Shown here: piece after piece, positions 26,300 to 38,600 of the stretch | How the letters are laid out: the number at the start of each line of letters is the position of its first letter | How positions within the stretch are numbered: position 1 is the stretch's first letter | DNA from: Nemertoderma westbladi | Taxonomy: Eukaryota > Animalia > Xenacoelomorpha | Direction of reading: 5' to 3' | DNA: 64,000 bases | NCBI GenBank assembly: GCA_032718475.1 | Contig: JAUCBJ010006629.1 | Span: 62,001 to 126,000, forward strand | Translations under genes and position numbers: made by a program | The notes under the pieces: generated by a model | The model's input: the letters and a program-made list of their open reading frames with translations, nothing else | Told to the model about the DNA's origin: nothing | Database searches by the model: none

Positions 26300-26677
26300 C
26301 CGGTGTAACAGGCTGAGATAACTACCCACCAAATATGACTCCCCAGTCTTCTCAGTCTAGGCGGAGAACACCCCCAGTTTTTTTCCTAGATTTCTTAATT
26401 AACGGAAAGGAGCAGGTTACAATGGCAGGCTTTTCTAACCAAAACAATAAACGACAACTCATTAACATAGGTAACAGTTTAATTTTTGCAATATACGGAA
26501 ATAGCACAGGTACGGATATTAATTATAACTCAATTAGGGAAGTTATCTCAGCCTAAGAGGAGTCATCTCAGCCTAAGGGGAGTCATAACTGGGTGTGGGG
26601 AGTGTTCTCAGCCTAGGCTGAGACGATTGGGGAGTCATTTCAAGAGGGAGTTACAGTATCTCAGCCTTGTAAACCAG
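26300..26677. mobile_element. MITE with ~21-bp imperfect TIR and internal tctcagccta repeats
   Basis: ccggtgtaacaggctgagata ... tatctcagccttgtaaaccag. Confidence 0.6.
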
Positions 26678-26734
26678 CACTATTGACTGCTATTAGACCG
26701 AAGTTTAAATTGGTAGTTCGTCTGGTCCAATATA

Positions 26735-26907
26735 TTTGACCGAGTCCTACGTTCGAATTTATATGTGTGCAATCCAATCTGATCAAGGATTGTTTTTATA
26801 GCTTTGGAGACTGTTGGTACAAATCGTATAACACAATAAGTATCGTCAGTAGGTTTGGGTGCTACTGTTGGAGCTAGCGGAGTGTTGGAGACTATTATCG
26901 ACCACAT
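26735..26907 (-). pseudogene. Possible Penelope-like retroelement fragment
   Basis: YCVIRFVPTVSKAIKTILDQIGL resembles the Penelope linker P(Y/F)V..VS..I..IL. Short and weak. Confidence 0.4.
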
Positions 26908-26908
26908 C

Positions 26909-27332
26909 TCGCGGGTAGTTGTTTATATTAACAGTATACAGTATCGCGGGTAGTTGTTTATATTAACAGTATACAGTATCGTGGGTAGTTGTTTATATTA
27001 ACAGTATACAGTATCGCGGGTAGTTGTTTATATTAACAGTATACAGTATCGCGGGTATAGTTGTTTATATTAACAGTATACAGTATCGCGGGTAGTTGTT
27101 TATAGTAACAGTATACAGTATCGCGGGTAGTTGTTTATATTAACAGTATACAGTATCGCGGGTATAGTTGTTTATATTAACAGTATACAGTATCGCGGGT
27201 AGTTGTTTATATTAACAGTATACAGTATCGCGGGTAATTGTTGATATTAACAGTATACAGTATCGCGGGTAGTTGTTTATATTAACAGTATACAATATCG
27301 CGGGTAGTTGTTTATATTAACAGTATACAGTA
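26909..27332. repeat. 35-bp tandem array (~12 copies)
   Basis: Unit tcgcgggtagttgtttatattaacagtatacagta. Confidence 0.95.
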
Positions 27333-28276
27333 GTAGTATAGAATGCTAGCCCACGGCATCAAGGTCACCCGTAGCCCATCATTACCATCCATTTCTAGTA
27401 CTGCAGCCAATCAGAAGCCACCATTTCAACCTTTACCAGTGGTCGTTATTATTTCAACCAATCAGATGTCAGCATTTCATCCGTAACCATGGCAACTTCT
27501 CAAGTTCCCGCATCTTCCGCTAGAGGCGTTATTAGTCACCCAGCGCTAGTACTGCATCCAATCATAAGCCTTTATTTTACAGGTGTTCGAGTGTCTACAC
27601 TTAGCATCAGGTAACGTCTACTATTTTTCAAATCGCTATTTATCAGCGACCAGTATTTTCATATTTACCAACCTTTATTTTACAGACGCTAGAGGTGTCT
27701 ACAGGTAACTTCTACTATTTTTCACCAGTAACTAAATTTAATTTTGCAATTTATCAGATAACAAAATATTCAACAGGGTTCGAACTCGGGACTGTTATAA
27801 CTCCTCACAACTCACCACTCACTCCCCCATCCAGCCTCAAGAGAAAAAGGCAATAAATATCCGAGTTATACCGTAGCTATTGAATTCTTCATCTTCAACT
27901 CTGGTGGCAGATGTTTATAAATAGCTTCTAGTTCGTTAACATAATTACTATAGCATAGAATACATTAATTCGACTATTAATAATAATCGATTTCTTTTAT
28001 CGATGTAACTGATCGGTCAACTAAGTTAAAATATAAGTTAGAATGACAGGGCTAGCATTGATCACGTTGCATCTGTTACTCGTTACTGCTATTTCACTCT
28101 CTAACTCACGCTAATGTAATAAATTTAGCTGTACACGTTGCATCTGTTACACGAAGCTACTATATTCCTCACTGTAAGTCACTCTGCTGTATTAAAGCAA
28201 CCATATAAACAGAAGTTTTACAATCTAATAATCATTTATTTAGTTTTTATTTTTCAAAATAGTTTTCATTCTAATT

Positions 28277-29722
28277 ATGGATTTATTTAAAAAAACTTCA
28301 AGCAATACTTGGAAATTTACATTTAATAAATATACCTGTAGTATTGTTTATGGCAAGTACTTTATATTACTCTCAAGCGATAGCAATGTAACAACGTGCT
28401 TCTCTTACCAGGATACACTCTACCTTCTAGACGTCTTAGAAATATTAATCAACCGACAAAAGGAATCACCAGTTTCAAGAGGTAATATTTATCCTAATAT
28501 AGAATTTACAACCGACGGCGTATGGTGCAATGAGGCAGAGATTCTCATTCGCCATCTGGCCGAGACCCTTGTCACGAGACAAGCTGGGATGGCCGAGAGG
28601 GGCCTTGCCTGTGTGCAGGGTGGAGTTCGCCGGAGGATTCAATTCGCCCTCCTCCGATCGAATTCTCTCTGCCTCAGAGGTGGTCGACGGTCTTGGCGCG
28701 GGTCGGGCTTTGGGGATGGGGCAGGTCTGCGGAGGTTCGATTTGGCTACCCAATACTGATGAGTTGAATATGGGTGCAACATTATTGTTAAATTTTCTAA
28801 ACTTTAATTAAATTTAACTCTTTATACAGTATGTATTTTCATCATGTATAACCATCAATTATTGTATCCATATATTATATTATACCACGTTAATAAAAAA
28901 AAATTTACAAGAGGAAAGTTAAATATTTCCACCTGCATTATAACTGAAAACGTATATATTCAGATGCAAGGCAAATGTCAAATTCTAAACAAATCACTCA
29001 TTAATTTATTGCTTCAGAGTAAGACAGAAATATTAGAATTGTTATCACCACCACTCGAAATAATAAATCAGTGTTCTGTTGTTAATTTAACCAACCCATC
29101 TATTGTTGGTTTTGTAAGCAAATATAAAGGAACGACTTATATGGGACTATGGGAGATTTCAGCTAGATATTCTGATGCTATTGGTCTTAGGTATTATAAT
29201 GGGTTTAACTTAACAGCATCGGAAGTAAATTCATTGTGGTATGAATGGAATTATGAAATTAGTAACGAAGGTGTCTTTTCAGAGCTAGATACGGACGATA
29301 AAGTAGCTTTATCTGACCGACTTAAAGTAAAAATAAATGTACAAGAAAAAAAAGTAATTATTACAGACAAGGAAAGCAAATATTTACAGTTACATTACGA
29401 TAAAGACATACCTCATATAGAGTTTCTCTATGATATGATGTTAAAGGTTTCATCAACTGATATAGCAGACGGTTTCGCGCTTCTATATCAACCAACTTGG
29501 AAGTTTAAGGTTAATAAGTCATGTCCAGAAGTAGTTTCATCCACATTTAATCCAAAGACATACATCGAAGAGACATCGAGTGATAGAAAGCGCAGATCTA
29601 CATCTCAAACATCTTCCATTCCCGACAATGATTCTATACCTACAAAGAAAATAAAAGTTACAAAAGCAAGTGAAGAGGTAGCAGATTACAATAAGGAACA
29701 TATAAAAACAGTATCAGATTGA
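28277..29722 (+). pseudogene. Polinton ORF (~348 aa when restored) with a PC4-like motif, split by a CRE-like insertion
   Basis: Removing the insertion and one TSD joins ...NIEFT to RGKLNIS... in frame. FVSKYKGTTYMGLWE...GFNLTASEVNSL resembles PC4. Confidence 0.7.
28512..28901 (+). mobile_element. 5'-truncated CRE-like non-LTR insertion with poly-A tail and 9-bp TSD
   Basis: AATTTACAA at 28503-28511 and 28902-28910. Tail taataaaaaaa. Encodes TDG....EA...IRHLA...QFALLRSNSLCLRG. Confidence 0.85.
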
Positions 29723-30273
29723 TTTATTATTAACTAGAGACTTTTCTTTTTCAGTTTCACACTGACTTGTAAAGGTAACTTTTTAACACAAAGCGTGATT
29801 ATTATAAAGTATTTGCATGTAAAGGTGACTTTATTGAGTAAATATTGGTGATAGTTTAATGTGAGCATGGGATTATGTATAAAACATTCTCATGTAAATG
29901 CGTGAGTTTACACCACCATAATAAAACATTAGCGTGTAAAACCTACTTTATCAATGAAAATTAAAAACGCATTATGTACATCTTGGTTTAGACTTGATTT
30001 TATTATAAAGAATTCAGTTGTAAAAGCAACTTTATTTATGATGTTAGTTTCCCAATGAAACTGTTATTTATGATTGGTTGGTCTAAGTAGAAACTTGAAA
30101 TATATATATAAAGAGCTCAACTGATTCAATCGAGCTCATTCTGAAAATATTAAATTAATTAAAGTTTAGATATTATATTTTATTTGTGTTGAGTAGCTTA
30201 TGAATTTTTTTTTGATTATATATATATAACAATATTCATATTAATTTTAAATTGTTTTTAGGATAATAAAGAT

Positions 30274-33025
30274 ATGGATAAACAATTGAAATGTCCATTT
30301 TGTCCTCTTCAAATTTCTAAACGAAATTATTTAACACATTTGAAATCGCATTTTGAAGAATACAATTGTTTTAATTGTCATGTGAAATGTTCACGTGAAG
30401 AAATTATGTAAACGACATGAAACGACTACGGGATGTAAAGAAATGAAGTTTTGCGTGTATGAAAAAACTTGCCCTACTTGTAATAAAGAGTATTTATATG
30501 AGAATTATTTACGTCACAACTGTCACCAACGTTATTATCATGTTAGACCACCACAACGGAATCAAAACAATACTGTCGCATCTAGAAAAAGACTGAAATC
30601 TGGTCAAGGTCCATCAATTTTTAGCATCGAACGATCCTCACACGATAACCGTTTAGAAATCTATGTTTACAATCTTCCAAATGATGAAGATTTTCCTGAT
30701 ATTCATTCATCATTAATTAAAATTCTTCCCCATATTAAAAACTTATTATTAGGAAAACTTAGCGAAATGAATGTACTTAGACCCTGGCTAGGTGTGAATA
30801 TACTCATGTATCGATCACATTTTTCAGAGGGTGATCAAGAAGAAGCTTTCTATTTTAGTTCTTCAGGTGGTGCAGTTAATACCGTAGATTCACATGAAAG
30901 TTTTGACACATGGTTTGAGTATGTATTAGAAATATTGCAAAAAATAGCCATGTTTAACACTCGTGGCTCAGGGTGGCGCGTTAAATCTTTATTAAGAGTG
31001 GAAATTAAAGTAGCTGAATCCAAGTGTAGGTCACTGGAATATAAGGGACACGGTTATATGGAGTTACCTAAGACTCTAGCGTGTAAACAATGTGTTATAA
31101 ATATACAAACGGTTGATAATGATTGTTTTAAATGGGCAATTATAGCCACAAAATTTAGTAGCAAAGTGAAGATAAACAAAAACCGTACTTCGCAGTACAA
31201 AAATTATATGAATCATTTTATTTTTGACAACGGCAACAAAGATTATCCAACAGAATGGCAGCTTGCAATTAAACTTTTTGAAAAACAGAATTCTGCATAT
31301 ATAATTAATTTATTACTCTACGACAACAATCGAGTATCTATATTAAGACAGGCTCCATTTAGTAAAATCACTCCAGATAAAGAGTTATTGAATATATTAC
31401 TTGTAAAAAATAAGAATACGAGTAAACAATCACATTATGTTTGCATAACTAACTTGAATCGTTTGATGAATACAACAGGTAAGCATATTAGATGTAGGAA
31501 ATATTGCGAACGGTGTTTGTCGCATTTCTACAGAAATGTTCTAGAACGTCACCGTCTTGCTTGTTATCGAGGAAAAAGTCAAGTTGAGAAGCTACCGTCT
31601 GAAAAAAGAACTCACATTAGCTTTAGAAATTTAGACAGAACATTACCAGCATTGTTTGTAATATATTTTGACATAGAATCTATTTTGGAGCCAGCCACCA
31701 ACAGTAAATTTATTCAGAATCATATTCCATGCGCTGTAAGTTATTTAATTGTTCCTAGTAGTGAATTAATCAATCCACCAAAATTTTCTTTGAAGACCTT
31801 TACAAAAACAATCGACAACAACTGTATTCAAGACTTTTTAGACTCTGTATATAATGACATCACTCAATTATATAAGTGGGCAGAAACCCATACGCGAGAG
31901 AAGATTATACTTAACGATGTAGATAAGTTAAGTTTTTGGAAAGCTAAAACTTGCTTTTATTGCAATGTTTTATTTAAGGATAAGTCTGAGAAAAACAAAC
32001 ATCACTCACATATTACTGGTAACTATATAGCAGCTGCTTGTAACGCATGTAACCGTTCTTTATCGTTGAAACGACACATGTATATACTCGCTGCACACAA
32101 CTGCAATCTCTACGATTTGCATTTTCTTTTACAAGTTGGTTTTACCAACAATAAATATTCTGATTGGGATATAAAGGTAATCCCTAAAAATTCTGAAAGG
32201 TATATTTCACTAAGTATGCATATACCAGTGAAAGATCAAAAACAAAAAATCGAGCTACGTGTCTTAGACACATATCAATTTTTATCCTTTTCCCTAAGTA
32301 CTTTAGTTGATTGTTCAACAAAGGATATAGACAGCGAGGATATAACATCAGTTCTACCAATTACTGAACAGCAAATGAAATATTTTTATCCAAATTTAAA
32401 TAATGCAACAATTAAACGAAAAGGTATATTTCCCTACGAGTATCTGACAGATTTAAATAAATTCAATGATTCGAAATTACCATCAATAGACAAATTTTAT
32501 AGTAAATTAACACAAAATACCTGTACACCCGAGGAATATAGTTTTGCCAACGCATCATGGAGTCAGTTTGACTGCTCGAATCTCAAGGATTATCTTTTAG
32601 CATACTTAAAACTCGATGTTTGTCTCCTCGCCGATATATTTGAAAACTTTAGAAGAGTGTGTAGACAAAACTACGAATTAGAAGTAGTTTATTATTGTAG
32701 TATCGCAGCTTTCACTTATGATTGCGCTCTGAAATACAATAAATGTAAGTTAGCATTAATAAAGGATTACCAAACATATAGAGATTTTGAAGCATCTATT
32801 AGAGGTGGGGTTTCATTCTGTCGAAAGCATTACATAGAATCAAATATACCAGATACTGATAATTATGATTCAAGCAAGGAAGAGTGTCATATTTTCAATA
32901 TAGATTTTAATTCCTTGTATTCTGGTAATTTAAGTAAAAAGCTACCTGTTTCAGGTTTTGAACAAGTCAACGTTACATATTTAGAGAATGCCGCTCCAGA
33001 AGAACTAATAAAATATTTAACCAAT
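30274..33025 (+). pseudogene. Protein-primed DNA polymerase B, 5' part (Zn fingers, exonuclease with HNH/EndoVII-like insert, motif A)
   Basis: GSGW, YFDIES, HHSHITG...CNACN, HN...YD, RKGIFPYEY, YLKLDV.LL.D.FE.FR, IRGG and DFNSLY. ATG at 30274 with a 1-nt frameshift near 30409. Confidence 0.95.
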
Positions 33026-35190
33026 TGATAAACAACCGCGACCTCTATACTAACAGCAGAACTGTTGAACAGACCAATACCCGTTAATATCCTTCTGCCA
33101 ACCTAATAAGTTCTCGTCTAACCAATAAGACACGAAGACTGCTCTACTGTTAAGTAAAGGGGCTCAGGAGCGTGATATTACTAAATTGTAAGGGTTGCTA
33201 AATACAAACCGCTACTTACCGTTAGATGGCGCTAATCTGCCGTCCGCTAATATATTTTACTAAATTTACACAACTCCTGCAAAATCGCTTGTTCCTTTAT
33301 CTACCGATTGCTCGATAGAGAGCTAACTGTTCGAATCTATGAGCCACGCAGGAATAACCAAAACAATAAACCCGAGTCGGCTCCCTAAGCTTACTTAAGA
33401 CGAGTGCGAGAGGCCTTGCACTCAGAGTATTCTTACGCCTAATTTTATCACTATTAAAGCACGCTATTACCTACGTCTTTCTAATCGCGAATACTGGAGG
33501 TTCCCTAACGTAATGTGTGAATGCGAGAATATTTAAAATATCAAAATGGTACAGTATCTGTTTCTACATGGATAATACCACTCCGAGTCTAAAACTGCCC
33601 GCGACTGGCTTTAGGCCAGCAAAATTACTAGCGTATCGTGCGTACCGAATAGTGCGTTCTAGCTGATTGCCCGCTAATGCAAATAACCGCTCAGCGTGAA
33701 TAGTTTACAGTACACTAATTATTACCTTAGCTACTCTCCGCTATGCTGCGTACTAATTCTTAATTTTTTAGTAATTAATTACAGTCACAAATATTTAACA
33801 GCGTACTAATTACTAAGAGTTCCAGAATACGTAATTCTAATTTATCACGCAACAGGTTTCGCTAGTAATAGCCTAAATTGCCGTATTACTTTGACCTAAT
33901 CAATAACTAATTATTGTAACTAAGAAATAGAAATCAATCAAAGGAAAAAGAGCGCCTATCTAAGCATTCGTAATCTTAGGCACACTTCAATAACACACCA
34001 ATCAGCGTTAGAAATCACAGTTTACAATTGTGCAATTCACTACTCGTACTCCACACTCAACGTTGTAATACGCGCAGGCCTCTCCCGGGTACATCTAGGA
34101 TTCCTAACTAACCCAATTCCTGCCCCCCTAATACTAAATAGAGACAAAACCTGGATCATCAGCCCCCTAGATACTGTACCGGCGATCGGTCTGCGTGCCG
34201 CAGTGCAAGATACCCGCCCGCAATGGTGACCCTGGCCAGCGTTGCCCGCTTTGAATCCTCCACTCTCTCCTAGTCGCTCAACCCCCCGATGCGCCCACCG
34301 CCCACTGGCACCTTAGCCCTCCATGATGCTAATAGCTACCGTAGCGGCGCATTCAAATCACAAAGTCTGACAGTCTCAGGAATCCCTTGGGATTATTGCG
34401 CAGAAAAGAATCACATAGAACCATCAATCAAAGGTAGAAATCATAGTTCGATTGTAATTTGCAGTAATCGAAGGAATTATTGAGAAACACAAGCAAAGTA
34501 ATCGCACTAGCAAATCATTCAAGAAATTAATCAAAATTAGCAAATTGCAGAAAATACGATATCCTAATACAAAATTAGAGACAGCTCAGCAAGTAAATTG
34601 TAACAGGGGTGTGTCATGTGATAAGGCATGAACATATGAACAAATATATGAACAACAAAAAGCCCTACCGGCACACCGCCAATTTATAGGTGATCCGGAT
34701 GGGGTGATGCAATAAGGTGACTCAATCGCTCTCCCATTGGCTCTCCAGTCCATGCTAGCATTAAACCAACCTGGAAGCAGTTAATCCAATAAGGAGACCG
34801 GATTGTAGCCCTATGCCCTCAAATTATTACCATATATGGTAATGGATCACGTCTCTGGCTGCTGAATGGCCAGGACAGCGTCCCTATATGCTAGCCCTAT
34901 CAAACTAATATCAGCAAGCACAAAATCCAGGGTCCGAGTAAACTCGCTACCCTGGAACTATCTACATATATCCTAATACAAAATTACGTAGGTAGGGCTA
35001 CATACTATACAAAATGAATGGATGCAAAATATATGGGCGTTTTAACTTCCTTACCTAAATGTCACCACACTGCGCCTTATCTAAATAATTATACTGCACA
35101 ACGGACTAATATTACGTACAGTATAACGGACTAATACTGCATACTGCATAATGGACTAATACTGTGGATACAGCGCCATATACCGTAACA
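33026..35190 (-). repeat. 3' LTR (2165 bp)
   Basis: tgataaacaacc...ccgtaaca, nearly identical to 50948-53076. Confidence 0.97.
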
Positions 35191-35626
35191 CCGCTCCAAG
35201 GGAAATCATATAATGTTTCCCTCCAATTGTAGAAGAGTATAAGGTGATGTATACAAAACAAAATAAATTTCTTCCAACCAATCTAAATAACATAATAATT
35301 CTACTATTTACAAATATTGCCATAGATATTGCATAATGAATTACATACAAATTAAATTTACAAAATATTGTTTCTCGTTCATTCTTACTACATAATGATT
35401 ACTACATACAAAATCAAATATAAAAATTTTGCTAGGGCAAGTGAAAGGAGTAAGCCAAACCCGCAGGTTTGTCTCCCCAATCACTTCCTTCGCCTCTTTC
35501 ATAATATAAATTCAAATAACTCAACTAGTGTATACGAGTCTAGTCGAAAATTTTCAAATGCTACAATATACATCAGAGCGACGATGATGTATATATCTAG
35601 AGTCTGTCGCCCTGTGCCATAATGTA

Positions 35627-38600
35627 TTATCGACCCGCTCCTGGGTTCTTTGGGCTCGCTCCTCTCTTTCGTCCCCTTCCCAGATACACTAATCTACCTC
35701 TAGTCGACTCCGTTGACGGCGTCCGTGAGGCGTCACTCCCCGGAACCGGCGACGACGTTCCCTGAGCCCCGACAGATTCTCGGCTCGAACTTCTCCCTCG
35801 GCCTCGTCCCAATTGTCGCGCTCCCGTGGTCGCTTCCGCCAACTCTTCCTTCTGCAGTTGCACACGCGCTTTCTCAGACGCCCCCTGCGCCTTGCGCTGC
35901 AACCGTTGAGCTTCTATAATGGAGTGGTAGTGGTCGTCCTTGACTTGACGCTTGTCTTGGACCCCTCCTCCTGGTTCCTTCCGCGAGCCTTGAGCTCCAG
36001 CGGTCGTCGCTGTGGTCGCTGCGATCCTTTGTTCCTGTATCCTCTCGGCGGTCAATGAACCCACTGGCACATGAGTCAACAAGAATTCGTTGCGGTATTG
36101 TATAGCCGCCATCCTCCAATCACCTCGCGCGCGTACCACTTTTCTAGTCTCCGTAAATACACCCTTCGTGATGCGATCGCAAATAGCAACGAAGTTCCAT
36201 GTGTACTTATTGTCCATGTTCAATTGTCTGAAGTATTCTCGGACTACGATAACTCCAGTGTTCTGTGGAAGGTCTTGAGCAGTTAGGATGAGCTCCTGAT
36301 ATTGTGGTAGCGATTGAAGATATGGCTCGTACGCAACATGCGATGGGTCTACCGCCCAAAACCCATATCCCGCTTTAAATGGTAACCAACGCATCTGCGC
36401 TTGAATATGGTAATCCGCCACACTCTCCCACTTATCTAACATCTCCCGAAGTAGGTTAGCGCTATGGTTTTGAAAGGAATCATCTCGCAGCTGACATCTC
36501 GCGCTACGGTGTCCTTTTACTCCACAATATCCACATTGAGAAATGAAGACGGTGCACGTGTGAAACGAATGGTCGGTCTCATTGCACCAACGACAGACCT
36601 TATGCGCCGCCTCTATTACCGCGTCGCACGACTTTAGATTGTGCCTTGTGCTGCCGCACAATTTGCACCTACGCGCTTGTGGAAACCAGGCCCTCTCGTA
36701 TATGAGGTCTCCAATCGGTTTCGCACTTCCTTCCTTCCCAATGTCTAATACGATGTCGTCCTCTCCGGTCAACGGTTGTCGATCCGGAACAAAGTAAACA
36801 TCCTCGCCCTTGTCCTCTATCTCCAATATTTCCTCCCGCGTTCGTTTCGGATATGTCTTCTCCACCGGAAGATCTACTCCGAACACCTCTACTAACGTTT
36901 CCGGCCAGCCCTCCTTAACAGGTCTATCAGCCTCCGAGTGGAAGGGAGTACCAAACCCGCGGGTTTGATTCCCGAACCACTTCTCCAAAGCTTCTGGCGT
37001 CGGATATTCCATCGACGGTCGGTCTCCCAAATCTCCGATGTTCTGTCGATATACTCCTTCGAATATCGCTAATCCTCTCCTCACCATCGACGTATTCTCT
37101 AACGATTGGTTGAAGAACGGGGTTAAGAAACGCTTCATCACGTCGGATTGGATTCCCCCTTTCGAGCGAACGTATTGATCTCCTCCGAATACCAATGGAT
37201 GACGCTTCAAAACTCGCGCAACGATATCCGCTAATAAACAAGTCACCGTGTTCGACTCAAGCACCAAATAATATTGTAGCGACGCACGGGGTGGCGCGCA
37301 AATGTTCCAATACACTAACGCTTGCCGCTTGAAGTGGGATTTGAACTCCGCTCCCGGTGGCGTGTTGTATTCGCCATACGCCTCCTCGTACTTCTTTTGC
37401 GTCTTCAACTTAAAGTCCCAATTATACAACAAGTGTGCTATAAAGCCCATACCAGTCTTGGCAGAGTTGGGATACTCCCTATAAATTCCAATATCCTGTG
37501 CCCATAGCAACAATAGCTTGGTGTCGACAAACGGTCTCGGCAATCTATCTTCCAGATCAGTCATGGCGTTGAAGTCGCTCTCCAAATCGCTCTGGACTCC
37601 CGATCCCACCTTGACGTAATCTTGGTTGAGAATAGCCTCTCTAACCTTCTTTGGTAACATCCTGGCGTCGATACGCTCCGCTCCGTGCATACCTCCTCGC
37701 CTGCATACCTCCAAAATCTGTTCCCTAGGATCCTTCCCTTTCCGATATTGTGTCGTTATGATGGGCTCCGGTCTCTCTCGATCCGCCCTCACACGCATAA
37801 ACACATGAGTCACACCATCGGCCGCACGAATTTGAATACACTTGCTGGTCAAACATTCCTGATGGGACCCTCCTTCATTGTCGTAGAACATCACTCTCCA
37901 ATCTTGCAGTGATTCCTCCGTTTTCCTCCACTGACGCTGAATCTCATCTGATGGGGTCCACATGCGCTCGATCGCCTTGTGGTCATCATATCGGGTATAA
38001 GAACCCTTCCTCCTCAGCCACGTCTGGTCTACTTCCTCGTCATCTGGGAATGTAGCCACCGCGACCCATACCTTGATGTACTTATCCAACCATCCGAATA
38101 GCTTACTCTCCTTCCCCGGAGCTCCAATCTTGTCCAAAGTGTCGTAATCTGTGATCTGCATTGGGACATCACGCAAGAACTTCGCGCATAAAACTTCCCG
38201 TAGACAGTCAACGTTCCAATGGTCCGCCATTCTTACCATCGGCAAGAATCGTATCGCTTCTCGCGACTCCGGATGATCTACTAATATCGCAGGTTCGGTG
38301 CCGTCGGAATAATACACCGGTCCGGGTTGAGATACGACCTGTGGAACAAATCCGGTCACTCTCCTCGTCTCCTCTTGATGTCTATCCGCGGTCTTATTAT
38401 ACTCCGCTATCCTGTTCTCAAATAACTCTTTCGCCTTCGCCGCTCGCTCCTCCTGCCGCAACGCGTCTATGTCGTCCTGATGCTCAGGCGTGAGGCTTCT
38501 CACTCGGTGAGGTGAAGTAAACGTAGTCCAGGGACTCGAGAGCTCCAAACCCGCGGGTTTGGTACCCGAGTCCCGCGCCGCTTCGCGCCGCGCCTCTAGA

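Noticed and set aside
26909-27332. CRISPR-like regular 35-bp repeats
   Set aside because: The units are contiguous with no unique spacers, there are no cas genes and the context is eukaryotic.
28277-28759. 160-aa ORF as a genuine fusion protein
   Set aside because: It is a chance in-frame junction of the Polinton ORF N-terminus with the CRE stub, as shown by the TSD and poly-A tail.
34289-34483. 64-aa ORF duplicated at 52211
   Set aside because: It lies in the LTRs, so the duplication only reflects LTR identity. No motif.
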